Assembly (NCBI GenBank): GCA_021323165.1
Contig: JAJTCJ010000001.1
Coordinates: forward strand, 14,205 to 78,204
DNA: 64,000 bases
Source of the DNA: Bacteroidota bacterium
Lineage (GTDB): Bacteria; Bacteroidota; Bacteroidia; 2-12-FULL-35-15
Direction: 5' to 3'
Under the pieces are notes generated by a model. That model did not search any database. It saw only the letters and a list, made by a program, of their open reading frames with translations, and had not been told where the DNA came from. Shown piece after piece: positions 1 through 9,797 of this stretch; the first letter of the stretch is position 1, and the number at the start of each line of letters is the position of its first letter. A program made the position numbers and the translations under genes.

Positions 1-546
1 TAATATCATGTCACGACCCGTTCTTTTCTTTATGTAAGCACCTAAGTTCTTATCAGGGGCAAATATTATCTTCTGATCTTTCGGAAGGCTCTCAACAATC
101 TGAACAGCATTTGTTGAAGTACAAACTATATCAGTTAGCGTTTTTAATTCAGCTGTGCAATTGATGTAGGAAATTACGAGATGATCGGGATATTGTTTTT
201 TGAATTCAGTAAATTTATCAGCCGGACAGGAATCAGCGAGTGAGCATCCTGCACGAAGATCGGGTAATAAAACTTTTTTGTCGGGACAAAGTATTTTAGC
301 TGTTTCAGCCATGAAATGAACGCCTGCAAAAACAATAATCTTTGCATCAGTCTTTGCAGCCCGCTGGGATAAGCCCAGACTATCGCCAATGTAATCCGCA
401 ATGTCCTGAATATCTGCGTCTTGGTAATAGTGGGCAAGAATGATGGCATTTTTTTCTTTTTTGAGTTTCTTAATTTCTGAGAACAAATCTAAAGAAAAAT
501 CTATCGGAACATCTAAAAAACCTTTTGTGAGCAAATCGTTACTCAT
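1..546 (-). CDS. nadA: Quinolinate synthase A, 5' part (runs off the window edge; absent from the ORF track)
   Basis: Manual translation from ATG at 546: [14 protein letters not shown]...[30 protein letters not shown]...[38 protein letters not shown], the NadA N-terminal motifs. Confidence 0.96.
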   Translation of the reverse strand, partial: MSNDLLTKGFLDVPIDFSLDLFSEIKKLKKEKNAIILAHYYQDADIQDIADYIGDSLGLSQRAAKTDAKIIVFAGVHFMAETAKILCPDKKVLLPDLRAGCSLADSCPADKFTEFKKQYPDHLVISYINCTAELKTLTDIVCTSTNAVQIVESLPKDQKIIFAPDKNLGAYIKKRTGRDMIL

Positions 547-1154
547 AACAATAATAATATTTAAATATTTAAATTTTAATAAAAAATGTTGTTGTTATTG
601 GTCTGTTAGTCCATTGTAAAAAATAAACTTAAAAGCGTTGTTAATTCAGTTATTAAGAACCCGCCAACACAACTTAACAAGTTATCATTTTATAACTAAC
701 TGATGCTTAATAATAATCAACTTTATTAACGTGTTGTTAGTAACGTTTTCATCTGATAACTTGGATGCAAAGTTACTGTTAATTATGTGATATAAGTGTT
801 GATGTTTATGTGTGAAAGTCTTATAACATTCTGTTGATTTATTGAAAAATTTATGCATGCGATATAAGAATCGAACAAAACAAGGAAAAAATTCCACACT
901 TTTAACACATAAAACATTCTTATCAACAGAAAAGGTGTTGATAAATAGAAAAATAGAACGCTAATTATCAAGGGTTTATTGCTGAACTTTACAAACATGT
1001 TCATAAGCCCAAAAAGCTGTTAATTACAGGGGATTTAAGGGGTTTATACTTAAATAAAAACAGTTCAATCCTGAGAATTTGAAACCAAACAGCTGATTAC
1101 TAAGGGCTAAAGGTAAAATAAATAAAAACTCGTGCCAACTAAACAAACATCTAT
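547..1154. other. Long AT-rich divergent intergenic region with DnaA-box-like 9-mers; candidate replication origin
   Basis: TTATCAACA 920-928 and TGTTGATAA 936-944 (inverted pair), TGTTCATAA 998-1006, TGTTAATTA 777-785 and 1018-1026, TGTTAATTC 639-647, TGTTGATTT 832-840, TGTTGATGT 797-805, AATTCCACA 890-898; nearly pure A/T tract at 547-586. Confidence 0.5.
768..775 (-). promoter_or_regulatory. Bacteroidota sigma70 -7 element (TAACTTTG), probably for nadA
   Basis: Matches TAnnTTTG on the minus strand about 220 nt upstream of the nadA start. Confidence 0.45.
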
Positions 1155-1589
1155 ATGAAAATAGCAATAGGTTGTGATCATGCCGCTTTTTTACTTAAAG
1201 AAAAGCTAAAACCTTATCTTATATCAAAAGGATATGAAATTAAGGATTTTGGGTGTTATTCAGAAGAACGTGCTGATTACCCTGATTTTGCCCATTCTGT
1301 ATCTATTGGAGTGGAAAGCAAAGAGTTTGATCTTGGCCTCTTAATGTGTGGCAGCGGCAATGGTATCAATATGGCAGCAAACAAACATAAAGGTATACGG
1401 TCTGCGCTTTGCTGGAAACCAGAAATAGCGGAATTGGCGCGTCAGCATAATGATGCGAATATTTTAACTCTCCCGGCCCGGTATATGGATGAGGATGAGG
1501 CAAAAAAATGCATTGATGTTTTTTTTAATACTCCGTTTGAAGGCGGGCGTCACCTTGACAGAGTGAAGAAAATCTCAGAAGGTTACTAA
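1155..1589 (+). CDS. rpiB: Ribose-5-phosphate isomerase B
   Basis: IAIGCDHAA, DYPDFA, CGSGNG, ANKHKGIRSAL, ARQHNDANIL, FEGGRH motifs. Confidence 0.97.
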   Translation: MKIAIGCDHAAFLLKEKLKPYLISKGYEIKDFGCYSEERADYPDFAHSVSIGVESKEFDLGLLMCGSGNGINMAANKHKGIRSALCWKPEIAELARQHNDANILTLPARYMDEDEAKKCIDVFFNTPFEGGRHLDRVKKISEGY

Positions 1590-1600
1590 AATTCCAGTGA

Positions 1601-3190
1601 ATGAACAGATCTTTATTTATAAAGGGATTAATATTTATATCTCTTCCTTTTTCCCTTTTTTCTCAAAAATCTCCTGAAGCGGAGGAAAAGAACAATTCCT
1701 TAATCCAGGATCCAAAAGCATTAATTTATTCGGAAAACGTTACATCAGCAGGAATGAGTAAAAACCTTCATGTGTTGGCATCAGACGAATATGAAGGAAG
1801 GGAAACAGGGAAAAAGGGCCAAAAGATGGCAGCAGAATATATTGCGGATCAATTTAAAACATTCGGGATTCTCCCATTTAAAAATAACAGCTATTTTCAA
1901 ACGTATCCTCTCAACATGATAATGCCGGCTCCGGCAGAAATTACGATCAAAGACAAAAAATATAAAGGCAACAAAGATTTCTACAATTTTCCAGGTCTGA
2001 GCGAACAGATTATCACATCCAATAATATCCTCTTTTTGGGTTATGGAATAGAAGAAGAGTCTTACAATGACTATAAAGATGCGGATGTTAAGGGAAAGGT
2101 TATCATGATAATGGGAGGAGAGCCATATTCTAAAGATTCACTTTCAATAATTACAGGAAAAAAGTCACCCTCATTGTGGACAAGCTATTATAAACTCAAG
2201 CCTGAAAAAGCCAGGGAAAAAGGGGTGTTGGCATTGTTTATTGTTGTCGATGATATTCAAAAATCCCTGGAAAATAATAAACACAGGCTGGAAACGCCTT
2301 CTATGAAACTGGAATTAGGCAAGAAAGAGATGCCTGTTATCTATATCTCGAAGGAGATGGCTGGTTCCATTTTAAAAAAACAATCCATTGAAAAAACACA
2401 GAAAAAGATCAGAGATTCAGGTGCTCCCTATAATAAGGAAATAAGAGCTGATCTTGAAATTAAGATTAAAAACACCGTACAGAAGATAGAGGCAGAGAAC
2501 GTTCTTGGTTATCTTGAAGGAAGTGATCTTAAAGATGAGCTTATTATAATAACGGCTCATTACGATCATTTAGGTATGGAGGGAAATGTTGTATTTAACG
2601 GAGCTGACGATGACGGATCCGGAACAGTAGCGGTAATAGAACTTGCCAGCGCTTTCGCCAAAGCCAAAAAAGAAGGACAAGGTCCAAGAAGAAGCATATT
2701 ATTCATGTGTGTTTCAGGTGAAGAAAAAGGGTTGTTAGGTTCCTCTTATTATGTGGACCACCCTGAGTTTCCTTTAAAAAATACTGTTTGCGATCTAAAT
2801 ATAGATATGATAGGAAGACTTGATGAAAGACACGAGTCAAACCCAAATTATATTTACCTCATAGGTTCCGATAAGCTGAGTTCAGATCTTCATTCTATAA
2901 GCGAAACAGCAAATAATACGTATACGAAACTGGAATTAGACTATACATATAATGATGAGAAAGATAAAAACCGTTTTTATTACCGTTCGGATCATTATAA
3001 TTTTGCAAAAAATGGAATTCCTGTGATCTTCTATTTTAATGGAGTTCACGCAGATTATCATAAAGAAACAGATGAAGTTGAGAAGATAGATTTTAAGAAA
3101 ATGGAAAAGATAACACGCCTTGTTTTCTTTACTGCATGGGAATTAGCGAACAGGAATGAGAGAATTGCTGTTGATTCGAATAAAAAATAA
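1601..3190 (+). CDS. Secreted M28 family aminopeptidase with PA-like insert
   Basis: Signal peptide; AHYDHLG, GADDDGSG, GEEKGLLGS, NIDMIGR, RSDHYNF, YH motifs. Confidence 0.92.
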   Translation: MNRSLFIKGLIFISLPFSLFSQKSPEAEEKNNSLIQDPKALIYSENVTSAGMSKNLHVLASDEYEGRETGKKGQKMAAEYIADQFKTFGILPFKNNSYFQTYPLNMIMPAPAEITIKDKKYKGNKDFYNFPGLSEQIITSNNILFLGYGIEEESYNDYKDADVKGKVIMIMGGEPYSKDSLSIITGKKSPSLWTSYYKLKPEKAREKGVLALFIVVDDIQKSLENNKHRLETPSMKLELGKKEMPVIYISKEMAGSILKKQSIEKTQKKIRDSGAPYNKEIRADLEIKIKNTVQKIEAENVLGYLEGSDLKDELIIITAHYDHLGMEGNVVFNGADDDGSGTVAVIELASAFAKAKKEGQGPRRSILFMCVSGEEKGLLGSSYYVDHPEFPLKNTVCDLNIDMIGRLDERHESNPNYIYLIGSDKLSSDLHSISETANNTYTKLELDYTYNDEKDKNRFYYRSDHYNFAKNGIPVIFYFNGVHADYHKETDEVEKIDFKKMEKITRLVFFTAWELANRNERIAVDSNKK

Positions 3191-3194
3191 TTCA

Positions 3195-3224
3195 CCGAAT
3201 AACGAATAAAACGAATAACGAATA
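3195..3224. repeat. Four copies of heptamer (A/C)CGAATA ending at the lutB start codon
   Basis: CCGAATA ACGAATA AA ACGAATA ACGAATA(TG). Confidence 0.85.
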
Positions 3225-4606
3225 TGTCATCAGAACTGGAATTATTTTTAGAAGCATCGGAGAAGAAAGCATTTGATATTGATCATCGCAGAACGATCAA
3301 CTATAATATCGGACAATATGATAAAAAAGTTGCTCATGGAAAAGAGCAATTTTCTAATCTGGAGCTGGCTCGGACCCGAGCTGCAGCGATAAAACAAAAA
3401 TCAATAGACAATCTTGAAAAATATCTTGTAGAATTTGAAGCAGCATTTATAAAACGAGGAGGAAAAGTGATTTGGGCGCAGGATGCGGAAGAAGCTGTGA
3501 AAGAGTCCCTGCAGATCATGAAGAAGGCAAATACCAAAACTGTTGTGAAGGCAAAATCAATGACCACAGAAGAGGTAAATTTTAATGAGGAGCTTGAGAA
3601 GAATGGAATAGAAAGCATAGAAACGGATCTGGGAGAATACATCGTTCAGTTAAGAAAAGAGCCGCCATATCACATTGTTACACCTGCAATGCACCTTTCT
3701 AAGGAAGATGTTGCAAAGACCTTCAATGAACTTAAAGGTACACCAGCAGACTGGAGCCCGGAGCAGATAACGAATTATGTAAGGCTTCAGTTGCGTGATC
3801 GTTACAGTAAAGCAGAAGTGGGGGTGAGCGGAGCAAATTTCCTGATCGCAGATGTTGGTGCTGTCGCAGTATCTGAAAACGAAGGGAACGGTTTAATGTC
3901 AATGGCTTTTCCAAAAGTACAGATCGTAATTGTTGGCCTGGAGAAAATAATACCATCTGTGGCAGATCTTGATCTTTTCTGGCCACTATTAGCAACACAC
4001 GGAACAGGGCAGGATGTAACAGTTTACAATACGATTTATAGCGGTCCAAAACAACCGGGAGAAACAGACGGTCCTGAAGAAATGTATGTGATCCTTCTTG
4101 ATAATGGCAGGACAAACCTGCTTGCAGAAACAGAACAAAGAAGGGCACTTTCGTGTATTCGCTGCGGAGCTTGTTTAAACGCATGCCCGGTTTACCAAAC
4201 AGTCGGAGGGCACACTTACGGAACCACATACAGCGGTCCGATCGGATCTGTGATAACACCATACCTTAAAGGAATAAATGAGTTCAAGCACCTGAGTTTC
4301 GCTTCAACTTTATGTGGAAAATGTACAGATGTTTGCCCTGTAAAAATTGATATTCACAAGCTTTTATTATTGAACAGAAGTGATGCTGTTCAAAAGGGAT
4401 TTACTACAAAAACCGAGAATTGGGTATGGTTCTTCTGGAAAGGCGCAATGCTCAAGAGAAGTAAGATGGATAAAGGAGGATCAAAACTGAAGAACTTTAT
4501 GATAAAACAGTTCTTTAAAAAGCAATGGGGCGACAGAAGGGATCTTCCTCAGGTTGCTCCAAAGTCCTTTAACCAGATGTGGAGAGAGCGGAAGGGAATA
4601 AAGTAA
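3224..4606 (+). CDS. lutB: Lactate utilization protein B (LUD domain plus two 4Fe-4S motifs)
   Basis: ETDLGEYIVQL, HIVTPAMH, ENEGNG, CIRCGACLNACPVY and CGKCTDVCPV. Confidence 0.93.
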   Translation: MSSELELFLEASEKKAFDIDHRRTINYNIGQYDKKVAHGKEQFSNLELARTRAAAIKQKSIDNLEKYLVEFEAAFIKRGGKVIWAQDAEEAVKESLQIMKKANTKTVVKAKSMTTEEVNFNEELEKNGIESIETDLGEYIVQLRKEPPYHIVTPAMHLSKEDVAKTFNELKGTPADWSPEQITNYVRLQLRDRYSKAEVGVSGANFLIADVGAVAVSENEGNGLMSMAFPKVQIVIVGLEKIIPSVADLDLFWPLLATHGTGQDVTVYNTIYSGPKQPGETDGPEEMYVILLDNGRTNLLAETEQRRALSCIRCGACLNACPVYQTVGGHTYGTTYSGPIGSVITPYLKGINEFKHLSFASTLCGKCTDVCPVKIDIHKLLLLNRSDAVQKGFTTKTENWVWFFWKGAMLKRSKMDKGGSKLKNFMIKQFFKKQWGDRRDLPQVAPKSFNQMWRERKGIK

Positions 4607-4612
4607 AAACAA

Positions 4613-5044
4613 ATGATCAGCTTTCATACAGAAGACATAAAATTCACATTAAAGAATAAAACCATTCTCAAAAAATGGATCACTTCCATTATAGAGAAAA
4701 AGAAAAGAAAAGCGGGTGAACTGAATTTTATTTTTTGCACGGATGAACATTTATTGGGCATCAACAAGCAGTATTTAAACCACGATACTTACACTGATAT
4801 AATCACCTTCGATTATTCCAAAGAAGATCAGAAACAGCCTGTTTCAGGGGATATTTTTATAAGTGTGGAAAGAGTGGAAGAGAACGCAAAAAAATTTTCC
4901 AAGTCATTTGAGCACGAATTGCACCGGATAATTATTCATGGCACGCTTCATCTTCTTGGCTATAAGGATAAGACTAAATCAGCGAAAGAGGAGATGACGA
5001 AAGAGGAAGATGCTTGCTTAAAAAGATTACCACTAAGGCACTAA
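4613..5044 (+). CDS. ybeY: rRNA maturation RNase YbeY
   Basis: TDIITF and HELHRIIIHGTLHLLGYKD zinc motif. Confidence 0.96.
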   Translation: MISFHTEDIKFTLKNKTILKKWITSIIEKKKRKAGELNFIFCTDEHLLGINKQYLNHDTYTDIITFDYSKEDQKQPVSGDIFISVERVEENAKKFSKSFEHELHRIIIHGTLHLLGYKDKTKSAKEEMTKEEDACLKRLPLRH

Positions 5045-5104
5045 GAGCACAAAGTTTCACAAAGAATTCTTAGTGGTTCTTCTTTTTCTAAGTGCCTTAG
5101 TGGT
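5029..5104. repeat. REP-like palindromic element made of CACTAAG/CACAAAG heptamers, overlapping the ybeY stop
   Basis: Perfect 14-bp inverted repeat ACCACTAAGGCACT (5029-5042) / AGTGCCTTAGTGGT (5091-5104), with internal CACAAAG x2 and CTTAGTG; lies between convergent ybeY and pgk. Confidence 0.85.
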
Positions 5105-5112
5105 TAAAAAAA

Positions 5113-6306
5113 CTATTTCTCAATAGCATCAACACCCGGCAGGCTTCCACTTTCAATGTATTCCAGCAATGCACCGCCACCTGTTGAAACATAAGAAACC
5201 TGTTCAGCGAGATCATATTTATTGATAGCAGCAACACTATCACCGCCACCGATCAAAGAAAATGCACCATTTTTTGTAGCCACTACAATTGCATCAGCAA
5301 CAGCTTTTGTTCCGTGTTCAAAAGAGCTCAATTCAAAAACTCCCATTGGGCCATTCCATAAAATTGTCCTTGATTTTGCGATAACATCAGCATAAAGCTT
5401 TTCTGTTTCCGGTCCGATATCAAGCCCCATCCAGCCATCAGGAATATTTTTAATATCGATTGTTTTCTTATTGGCGTCATTCGCGAAATTATCAGCAACA
5501 ACAGCATCAACAGGGATGTAAATATTCACCCCCTTTTTCTTTGCATCAGCAAGAATGTTTAAAGCGGTTTGTAGTTTATCTTCTTCTACCAAGGATTTTC
5601 CAATCTTTCCGCCTTGAGCTTTTACAAAAGTAAATGCCATTCCACCGCCAATAATAATATTGTCTGCTTTACTGATCAACTGCTCAAGAATAAGAATTTT
5701 ATCAGACACTTTTGCTCCGCCCATAATAGCTGTGAAAGGCTTTTCAGAATCATTTAAAACCTTATCCACAGACGCTAATTCACCGCTCATAACATATCCG
5801 AAACACTTGTTATCAGCATGAAAATATTGCGCGATCACAGCAGTAGATGCATGAGCACGGTGCGCTGTTCCGAATGCGTCATTCACGTAAAAAGTCCCGT
5901 GTTCAGCTAGTTTCATTGCAAAATTCTCATCTCCTCTTTCTTCTTCTTTATGAAAACGCAGATTTTCTAATAGCAACACATCCCCGGGTTGTAAAGAAGC
6001 ACAAACCTCTTTAGACTCTTCTCCAACACAGTCAGACACAAACTTAACAGGCCGGCTTAATAATTTGCTAAGGTGATCAACAATGTGTTTTAGGGAATAT
6101 TTGTCTGTTGGTCCTTCTTTTGGACGTCCAAGATGTGACATAAGAATAACTGCACCACCATCTTTCAGGATCTTATTTATAGTAGGTAAAGCCGCACGCA
6201 TGCGGGTGTCGTCAGTCACACAGAACTTGTCATCAAGAGGCACATTAAAATCAACTCGTATAAGGGCTTTGTGACCAGAAAAATTATAATTCTCTACAGT
6301 TTTCAT
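5113..6306 (-). CDS. pgk: Phosphoglycerate kinase
   Basis: [56 protein letters not shown]. Confidence 0.98.
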   Translation of the reverse strand: MKTVENYNFSGHKALIRVDFNVPLDDKFCVTDDTRMRAALPTINKILKDGGAVILMSHLGRPKEGPTDKYSLKHIVDHLSKLLSRPVKFVSDCVGEESKEVCASLQPGDVLLLENLRFHKEEERGDENFAMKLAEHGTFYVNDAFGTAHRAHASTAVIAQYFHADNKCFGYVMSGELASVDKVLNDSEKPFTAIMGGAKVSDKILILEQLISKADNIIIGGGMAFTFVKAQGGKIGKSLVEEDKLQTALNILADAKKKGVNIYIPVDAVVADNFANDANKKTIDIKNIPDGWMGLDIGPETEKLYADVIAKSRTILWNGPMGVFELSSFEHGTKAVADAIVVATKNGAFSLIGGGDSVAAINKYDLAEQVSYVSTGGGALLEYIESGSLPGVDAIEK

Positions 6307-6350
6307 ATAAGATATTTTCTAATTCGGTTTCAGAATTTCCTGAAGGCTTG

Positions 6351-6358
6351 CAAAAATA
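6351..6358 (-). promoter_or_regulatory. sigma70 -7 element (TATTTTTG) for pgk
   Basis: TAnnTTTG 45 nt upstream of the pgk ATG. Confidence 0.55.
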
Positions 6359-6534
6359 ACTATTCTCTCAAACGATGTATAATTTTTAATCAACATGTTC
6401 AAAAAAACAAATAAAAGACCGAATAAAAATTCGAACAAGCGAGACCTCGTTTAAATCTTGCAAATCTGATGAGTTTTCAAATTTAAACATTCAAAATTTA
6501 TGGCCACGGAAAACTGTAGTGCCGAATGATTTGT

Positions 6535-6542
6535 TATCTTTG
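6535..6542 (+). promoter_or_regulatory. sigma70 -7 element (TATCTTTG) for the holB operon
   Basis: TAnnTTTG about 54 nt upstream of the TTG start at 6596. Confidence 0.55.
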
Positions 6543-6595
6543 AAATCGCTTAAAACATTCCTCAAATCTTTCAAAAGAAGGAGACAGAAAAGAAA

Positions 6596-7738
6596 TTGTT
6601 ATTCAGTGAGATAATAGGACAACAGGCAGCAAAAGACAGGCTTTTGCGTTCCGTTTCAGACGGGCGGATCAGTCATGCCCAGTTGTTTCTTGGCCCTCAG
6701 GGAAGCGGCAGTCTGGCACTTGCTGTTGCATACGCACAATATATTTCATGCAGCAACAAACAACCGACCGACTCATGTGGTGCTTGTTCTTCATGTATAA
6801 AATACAACAAACTTATACATCCGGATCTTCATTTTGTTTATCCGGTTGCGCTTTCCAAAGATGTACGTGTGAGCACCGATGTTGCTCCGAAATGGAGAGA
6901 AACATTTTTAGATAATCCGTACATAACATTATTCAATTGGTTTGAAAGTCTTGATGCTGAAAACAAACAAGCCGTTATTGGGGTTGAAGAAAGCGGTGAA
7001 ATATTACGCAAATTAAGCCTTACAACATACGAAGCCGAATATAAGATCATGGTGATCTGGCAGGCAGAAAAAATGAATCAGGCTTCTGCAAACAAGCTGT
7101 TAAAGATACTTGAGGAGCCACCGGACAAAACATTGTTTTTGCTCGTGTGTGAGAACGAAGAACAATTGCTTCGTACGATCGTTTCTAGAACACAATTGAT
7201 TAAGATCCCTAAAATATCTGAAGAAGATCTTATTAATGCTCTTGTTGATCAACAGGGCATTTCAAGGGAAGCTGCAGAAAAAATATCTCATCTTGCCGAT
7301 GGTAATTATGCTGATGCGCTGCTTCTTTTGAATGAGAATGAGAATGCTGCACAAAATCTTGCAAGCTTTCAAAAATTGATGCGTGCAAGTTTAAAGTTTA
7401 ATCCCCAGGGCGTTTTTGCTTGGATAGATGAAGTGAATGCAGCAGGAAGAGAACGTCAGAAGAATTTTATAAATTATGCATTGCATATCATACGTGAGAG
7501 TATGATGCTGAATTACGGAGATGCAAGTCTTGTAAAGCTTGGAGCAGATGAACAGGACTTTGTAAGAAAATTTGCTCCGTTTATTCATGCGGGGAATATT
7601 GAGCGTTTTATGGAAGAGCTTAACAAAGCCTATTATCACATGGAGCGCAATGCAAATGCAAGAATCTTATTTATGGACCTTGCTTTTAAATTTAATGAAT
7701 TGTTGAATATTCCGAAAGAGGAAATGGTGAGAAAGTAG
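6596..7738 (+). CDS. holB: DNA polymerase III subunit delta' (TTG start)
   Basis: HAQLFLGPQGSG, CGACSSC zinc motif, HPDLHF, NKLLKILEEPP, TIVSR. Confidence 0.93.
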   Translation: MLFSEIIGQQAAKDRLLRSVSDGRISHAQLFLGPQGSGSLALAVAYAQYISCSNKQPTDSCGACSSCIKYNKLIHPDLHFVYPVALSKDVRVSTDVAPKWRETFLDNPYITLFNWFESLDAENKQAVIGVEESGEILRKLSLTTYEAEYKIMVIWQAEKMNQASANKLLKILEEPPDKTLFLLVCENEEQLLRTIVSRTQLIKIPKISEEDLINALVDQQGISREAAEKISHLADGNYADALLLLNENENAAQNLASFQKLMRASLKFNPQGVFAWIDEVNAAGRERQKNFINYALHIIRESMMLNYGDASLVKLGADEQDFVRKFAPFIHAGNIERFMEELNKAYYHMERNANARILFMDLAFKFNELLNIPKEEMVRK

Positions 7739-7826
7739 ATGAGTGTTTGGTTGATTTTGTTAATTCAGGTCGAGCCAAACAGAGATTAAAAAATTTAACA
7801 GGTGAGGAATTGTTTTTCTGGCATTG

Positions 7827-7857
7827 CCAAATAACCAATAACCAATAACCATTAACT
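7827..7857. repeat. Tandem ACCAATA-type heptamers upstream of ricT
   Basis: CCAAATA ACCAATA ACCAATA ACCATTA ACT. Confidence 0.75.
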
Positions 7858-7864
7858 AAAAACT

Positions 7865-9286
7865 ATGGGATGTAGTGGATGTTCAACCGGTCGAGGATGC
7901 AGTACTGCAAGTACTGGTTTGCCGGGCGGTTGTAAAAATAACGGATCTTGCGGTGCAGGCGGATGTAATAAACTGAATGTTTTTAACTGGCTTGCAAATA
8001 TGGAACTTCCTGGCGGCCAGCCGGAATTCGATATTGTAGAAGTGCGTTTTAAAAATAGCCGTAAAGAATTTTTCAGAAATGTAAATAACCTTCAGTTAAA
8101 TGTTGGTGATGTGATCGCGGTAGAAGCTTCTCCGGGACATGATATTGGGATTGTTTCAATTTCCGGAGAGCTGGTCAGGCTGCAGATGAAAAAACAAAAA
8201 GTAAATCCTGCTTCACCGGAAATAAAAAAAGTATATCGTAAAGCCAAGCAAACAGACATAGAAAAATGGCAGGAAGCTCAGGGTCTTGAGCAGGCAACAA
8301 TGTACCGCGCAAGAACATTCGCTGTAAAGCTTGGCCTTCAGATGAAGATCAGTGATGTTGAATACCAGGGAGACAGAACCAAAGCCGTTTTCTTTTACAC
8401 AGCAGATGACAGGGTTGATTTTCGTGAGCTGATCAAAGTGCTTGCAGAAGAATTCAAGGTCCGTATTGAGATGCGTCAGATTGGTGCCAGGCAGGAAGCG
8501 AGCCGTTTGGGAGCTATCGGTTCATGCGGAAGAGAACTCTGCTGTTCAACATGGCTGACAGACTTCCGTTCGGTATCAACCAGCGCAGCCCGCTACCAGC
8601 AGCTTTCGCTGAATCCTTTAAAATTAGCTGGCCAATGCGGTAAATTAAAATGCTGCTTGAACTATGAGCTCGACAGCTATATGGATGCATTAAAAGATAT
8701 TCCTGAAGTAAATAATATAAAGCTTGAAACAGAGAAGGGACGCGCTTTCCATCAAAAAACGGATATCTTCAGAAAACGAATGTTCTTTTCATATACACAT
8801 GAACCGGATAATTTTATTCAGCTTTCTGTTGACCGTGTTAAAGAAGTAATGGCGATGAACAAAGAAGGCAATAAACCAATGGATCTTCTTGTACATGTTG
8901 AAAAGAAGGTGATTGAAAAAACTCCGGATTATGAAAATGTTGTAGGCCAGGATTCTCTTACGCGTTTTGATAAAACAAAAACCAAAAAATTCAAAAGCAA
9001 GAATAATAACAGAAAGCGCGGGCCGGAAGGATCGCAAACTCAAACTCCTGGTCAGCCAAGACCACAGCAGCCTCGCCCTCAAGGACCACGTCCGCAGGGA
9101 CCGAATAATAATCCAGCTAACAAACCTGCTAATCCAAATAAACCAAACCCGAATAATCAGAACACTTCTGGAAACCCCAATAAACCAAATCCCAATAAAC
9201 CTAACAATCGTCCAAACAGGCCGAACAGAAATAACAGGCCCAATACAAATCGTCCAAAACCAAACGATACACCTCCGGCTCCTTAA
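7865..9286 (+). CDS. ricT: PSP1/RicT (YaaT) family Fe-S protein with Asn/Pro/Arg low-complexity tail
   Basis: RIEMRQIGARQEA, IGSCGRELCCSTW, LAGQCGKLKCCLNYE; Cys-rich N-terminus; NKPN-repeat tail; follows holB. Confidence 0.88.
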   Translation: MGCSGCSTGRGCSTASTGLPGGCKNNGSCGAGGCNKLNVFNWLANMELPGGQPEFDIVEVRFKNSRKEFFRNVNNLQLNVGDVIAVEASPGHDIGIVSISGELVRLQMKKQKVNPASPEIKKVYRKAKQTDIEKWQEAQGLEQATMYRARTFAVKLGLQMKISDVEYQGDRTKAVFFYTADDRVDFRELIKVLAEEFKVRIEMRQIGARQEASRLGAIGSCGRELCCSTWLTDFRSVSTSAARYQQLSLNPLKLAGQCGKLKCCLNYELDSYMDALKDIPEVNNIKLETEKGRAFHQKTDIFRKRMFFSYTHEPDNFIQLSVDRVKEVMAMNKEGNKPMDLLVHVEKKVIEKTPDYENVVGQDSLTRFDKTKTKKFKSKNNNRKRGPEGSQTQTPGQPRPQQPRPQGPRPQGPNNNPANKPANPNKPNPNNQNTSGNPNKPNPNKPNNRPNRPNRNNRPNTNRPKPNDTPPAP

Positions 9287-9299
9287 TTAATAAGGGGCC

Positions 9300-9797
9300 A
9301 TGCGTTATATGTATAGATCAAAAAGAATAAGAAAGACATTTTGTTCAGCAGCAATTCTGATGAGCATAGTTTTGTTTTCTTCCTGTAATGATAACAGGAT
9401 ATTTGAGGAAAATAAAGCAATCCCGGAAAGCGGCTGGGATACAAGCAATGTTGTAAGCTTTAATGTAGAAATTAAAGACCCATCAACTCCGGCCAATTTT
9501 TTTGTGAATGTTAGAAATGCTGATGGCTATCCTTATAGCAACCTTTTTCTTTTTGTAAAAACCAAATTTCCAAACGGAAAACAATCAAATGATACACTGG
9601 AGTGTATGCTTGCAGATGATAATGGAAAGTGGATTGGAAAAGGCATTGGAGATATTTACGATAACAGAATTCCATTTAAACGAAACGTACGTTTTCCGAT
9701 AGCGGGAAATTATATTTTTGAAATTCAGCAGGGAATGAGAGTCAGCAATGTTCCATTGATCATGGATATTGGATTACGAATAGAAAAAGCAGAGTGA
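9300..9797 (+). CDS. gldH: Gliding motility lipoprotein GldH
   Basis: Lipobox FSSC; RNADGYPYSNLFLFV, DTLECMLADDNGKWIGKG, QQGMR...DIGLRIEK; located after the PSP1 gene. Confidence 0.9.
   Translation: MRYMYRSKRIRKTFCSAAILMSIVLFSSCNDNRIFEENKAIPESGWDTSNVVSFNVEIKDPSTPANFFVNVRNADGYPYSNLFLFVKTKFPNGKQSNDTLECMLADDNGKWIGKGIGDIYDNRIPFKRNVRFPIAGNYIFEIQQGMRVSNVPLIMDIGLRIEKAE

Noticed and set aside
174-449. 91-aa minus-strand ORF in the track
   Set aside because: Out-of-frame shadow of nadA, which occupies 1-546 in another frame.
547-775. NAD+ riboswitch upstream of nadA
   Set aside because: No recognisable aptamer consensus and very low GC; only the inverted repeat is reported.
685-1004. Two short minus-strand ORFs in the nadA-rpiB spacer
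   Set aside because: AT-rich, no recognisable motif, and they overlap promoter and DnaA-box-like sites.
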